IMG/VR virus record: IMGVR_UViG_3300022661_000054
DNA: 64,000 nucleotides
Strand: one strand, 5' to 3'
Origin: a virus
Taxonomy: Duplodnaviria; Heunggongvirae; Uroviricota; Caudoviricetes
The translations under genes and the position numbers were made by a program. Of the stretch, positions 63,310 to 64,000 are shown piece by piece; position 1 is the stretch's first letter; each line of letters begins with the position of its first letter. Under the pieces are notes generated by a model. That model worked only from the letters and a program-made list of their open reading frames with translations. It had not been told where the DNA came from and did not search any database.

Positions 63310-64000
63310 TTAAATCTTACGACATATCTGAAGCATATAGGCCTCCACAACAGCCTTTACAGAAGTATCATATTTAATAGTATTTTTAGCTTCTAACAGC
63401 TTATCTGTTAAATAGTTAAACCAATCAAGGGCCCCTTCAAAAGAGGTCGTATAAGCAATATTTGTCATGCTATCGGCTGAGTTTTCTAGATAGGCAGGAA
63501 TATTTGTTAAAGCTATGTTTTTAAATAAAATATATTTTGTCAGCTCCAAAATAAAGCTTAAATATTCATTAACAAATTGTTTAAGGTCTTTACCTTCATT
63601 ATCTAACGTTTCAATAGCCGCAAGAGTGAATTGCTCATTTCCTCCAATAAGGCAGTTAGTTAACTTAAGCATTCGCTCAAAAGGCGCTTCACCAAGTACC
63701 AACTTAGTATTTTCCAGGCTAAGGTCGGTTGAAAGATCCGCGCACTGATCTAACTTTGTAATAGCTTCACGCATGCATCCGTTACAAAGTTTGCTAATTA
63801 GCTCACAAGTATCTTCATAGTTAGTGAAGCCTTCCTGTTGACAAATATAAGCTAATCGTGCTTTAATATCTTGAGAATTAATTTTTGCAACGTTAAAACG
63901 TTGCATTCTATTTTGAACAGTTGTAGGAATTTTATTAGGTTCTGTAGTGCAGAAAATAAAAATAGTATACTCAGGGCATTCTTCTAAGCACTTCAAAAAT
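63310..64000 (-). CDS. dnaX: DNA polymerase III gamma/tau subunit; 5' end beyond window
   Basis: FLKCLEECP, FIFCTTEPNKIPTTVQNR, GCMREAITKLDQ; frame open to the window edge. Confidence 0.85.
   Translation of the reverse strand, partial: FLKCLEECPEYTIFIFCTTEPNKIPTTVQNRMQRFNVAKINSQDIKARLAYICQQEGFTNYEDTCELISKLCNGCMREAITKLDQCADLSTDLSLENTKLVLGEAPFERMLKLTNCLIGGNEQFTLAAIETLDNEGKDLKQFVNEYLSFILELTKYILFKNIALTNIPAYLENSADSMTNIAYTTSFEGALDWFNYLTDKLLEAKNTIKYDTSVKAVVEAYMLQICRKI

Noticed and set aside
442-63748. Numerous plus-strand ORFs in the track (e.g. 28773-29213, 33911-34309, 45178-45489, 57088-57531)
   Set aside because: Antisense shadows of minus-strand genes; Ser/Leu-rich mirror of acidic codons, no RBS. 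Only 8000-8554 has expression signals.
1-64000. Stop-codon reassignment as in some large gut phages
   Set aside because: Genes are full length under code 11; TAG (16535) and TGA (3407, 7551) act as real stops followed by the next gene or a terminator
49544-64000. Host chromosomal DNA flanking a prophage (topA, def, trxB, dnaX, holA, holB)
   Set aside because: Genes are highly diverged, interleaved with phage hypotheticals, share strand and promoter motifs with the phage genes, and no integrase or att site is visible

Overview
AT-rich segment of a large lytic-type myophage. It uses the standard genetic code, and its strong AGGAGG/GAAAGG Shine-Dalgarno sites suggest a Bacillota host. Almost all genes are on the minus strand. 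From right to left: (i) a replication/recombination block with a bacterial-type clamp loader (dnaX, holB, holA), a Cas4/AddB-like nuclease, SbcD/SbcC, a candidate gp55-like late sigma factor plus Mor-like activator, an arm-less HU, an RHH protein and topA, interleaved with three intact but catalytically degenerate host-enzyme homologues (TrxB-like, HD-like, peptide-deformylase-like); (ii) late operons encoding a MoxR AAA+/HExxH peptidase/vWA triad, a Pol-beta nucleotidyltransferase, a SWIM protein and a ParB/Srx-fold protein, many with prohead-protease-type L/I-x-E sites; (iii) a T4-like head, neck and contractile-tail module (terminase, portal, fused protease-scaffold, capsid, neck, sheath, tube, gp26-like chaperone with a probable +1/-2 frameshift extension, tape measure, baseplate); (iv) an accessory region with a nadR-pnuC NAD salvage cassette; (v) an Ig-repeat fibre gene, a structured 750-bp origin-like non-coding region and a SNF2 helicase. 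A conserved motif GCTAAATTA precedes 11 late transcription units, and one copy drives a candidate small hairpin RNA. All family assignments come from motifs read by eye; no searches were run.
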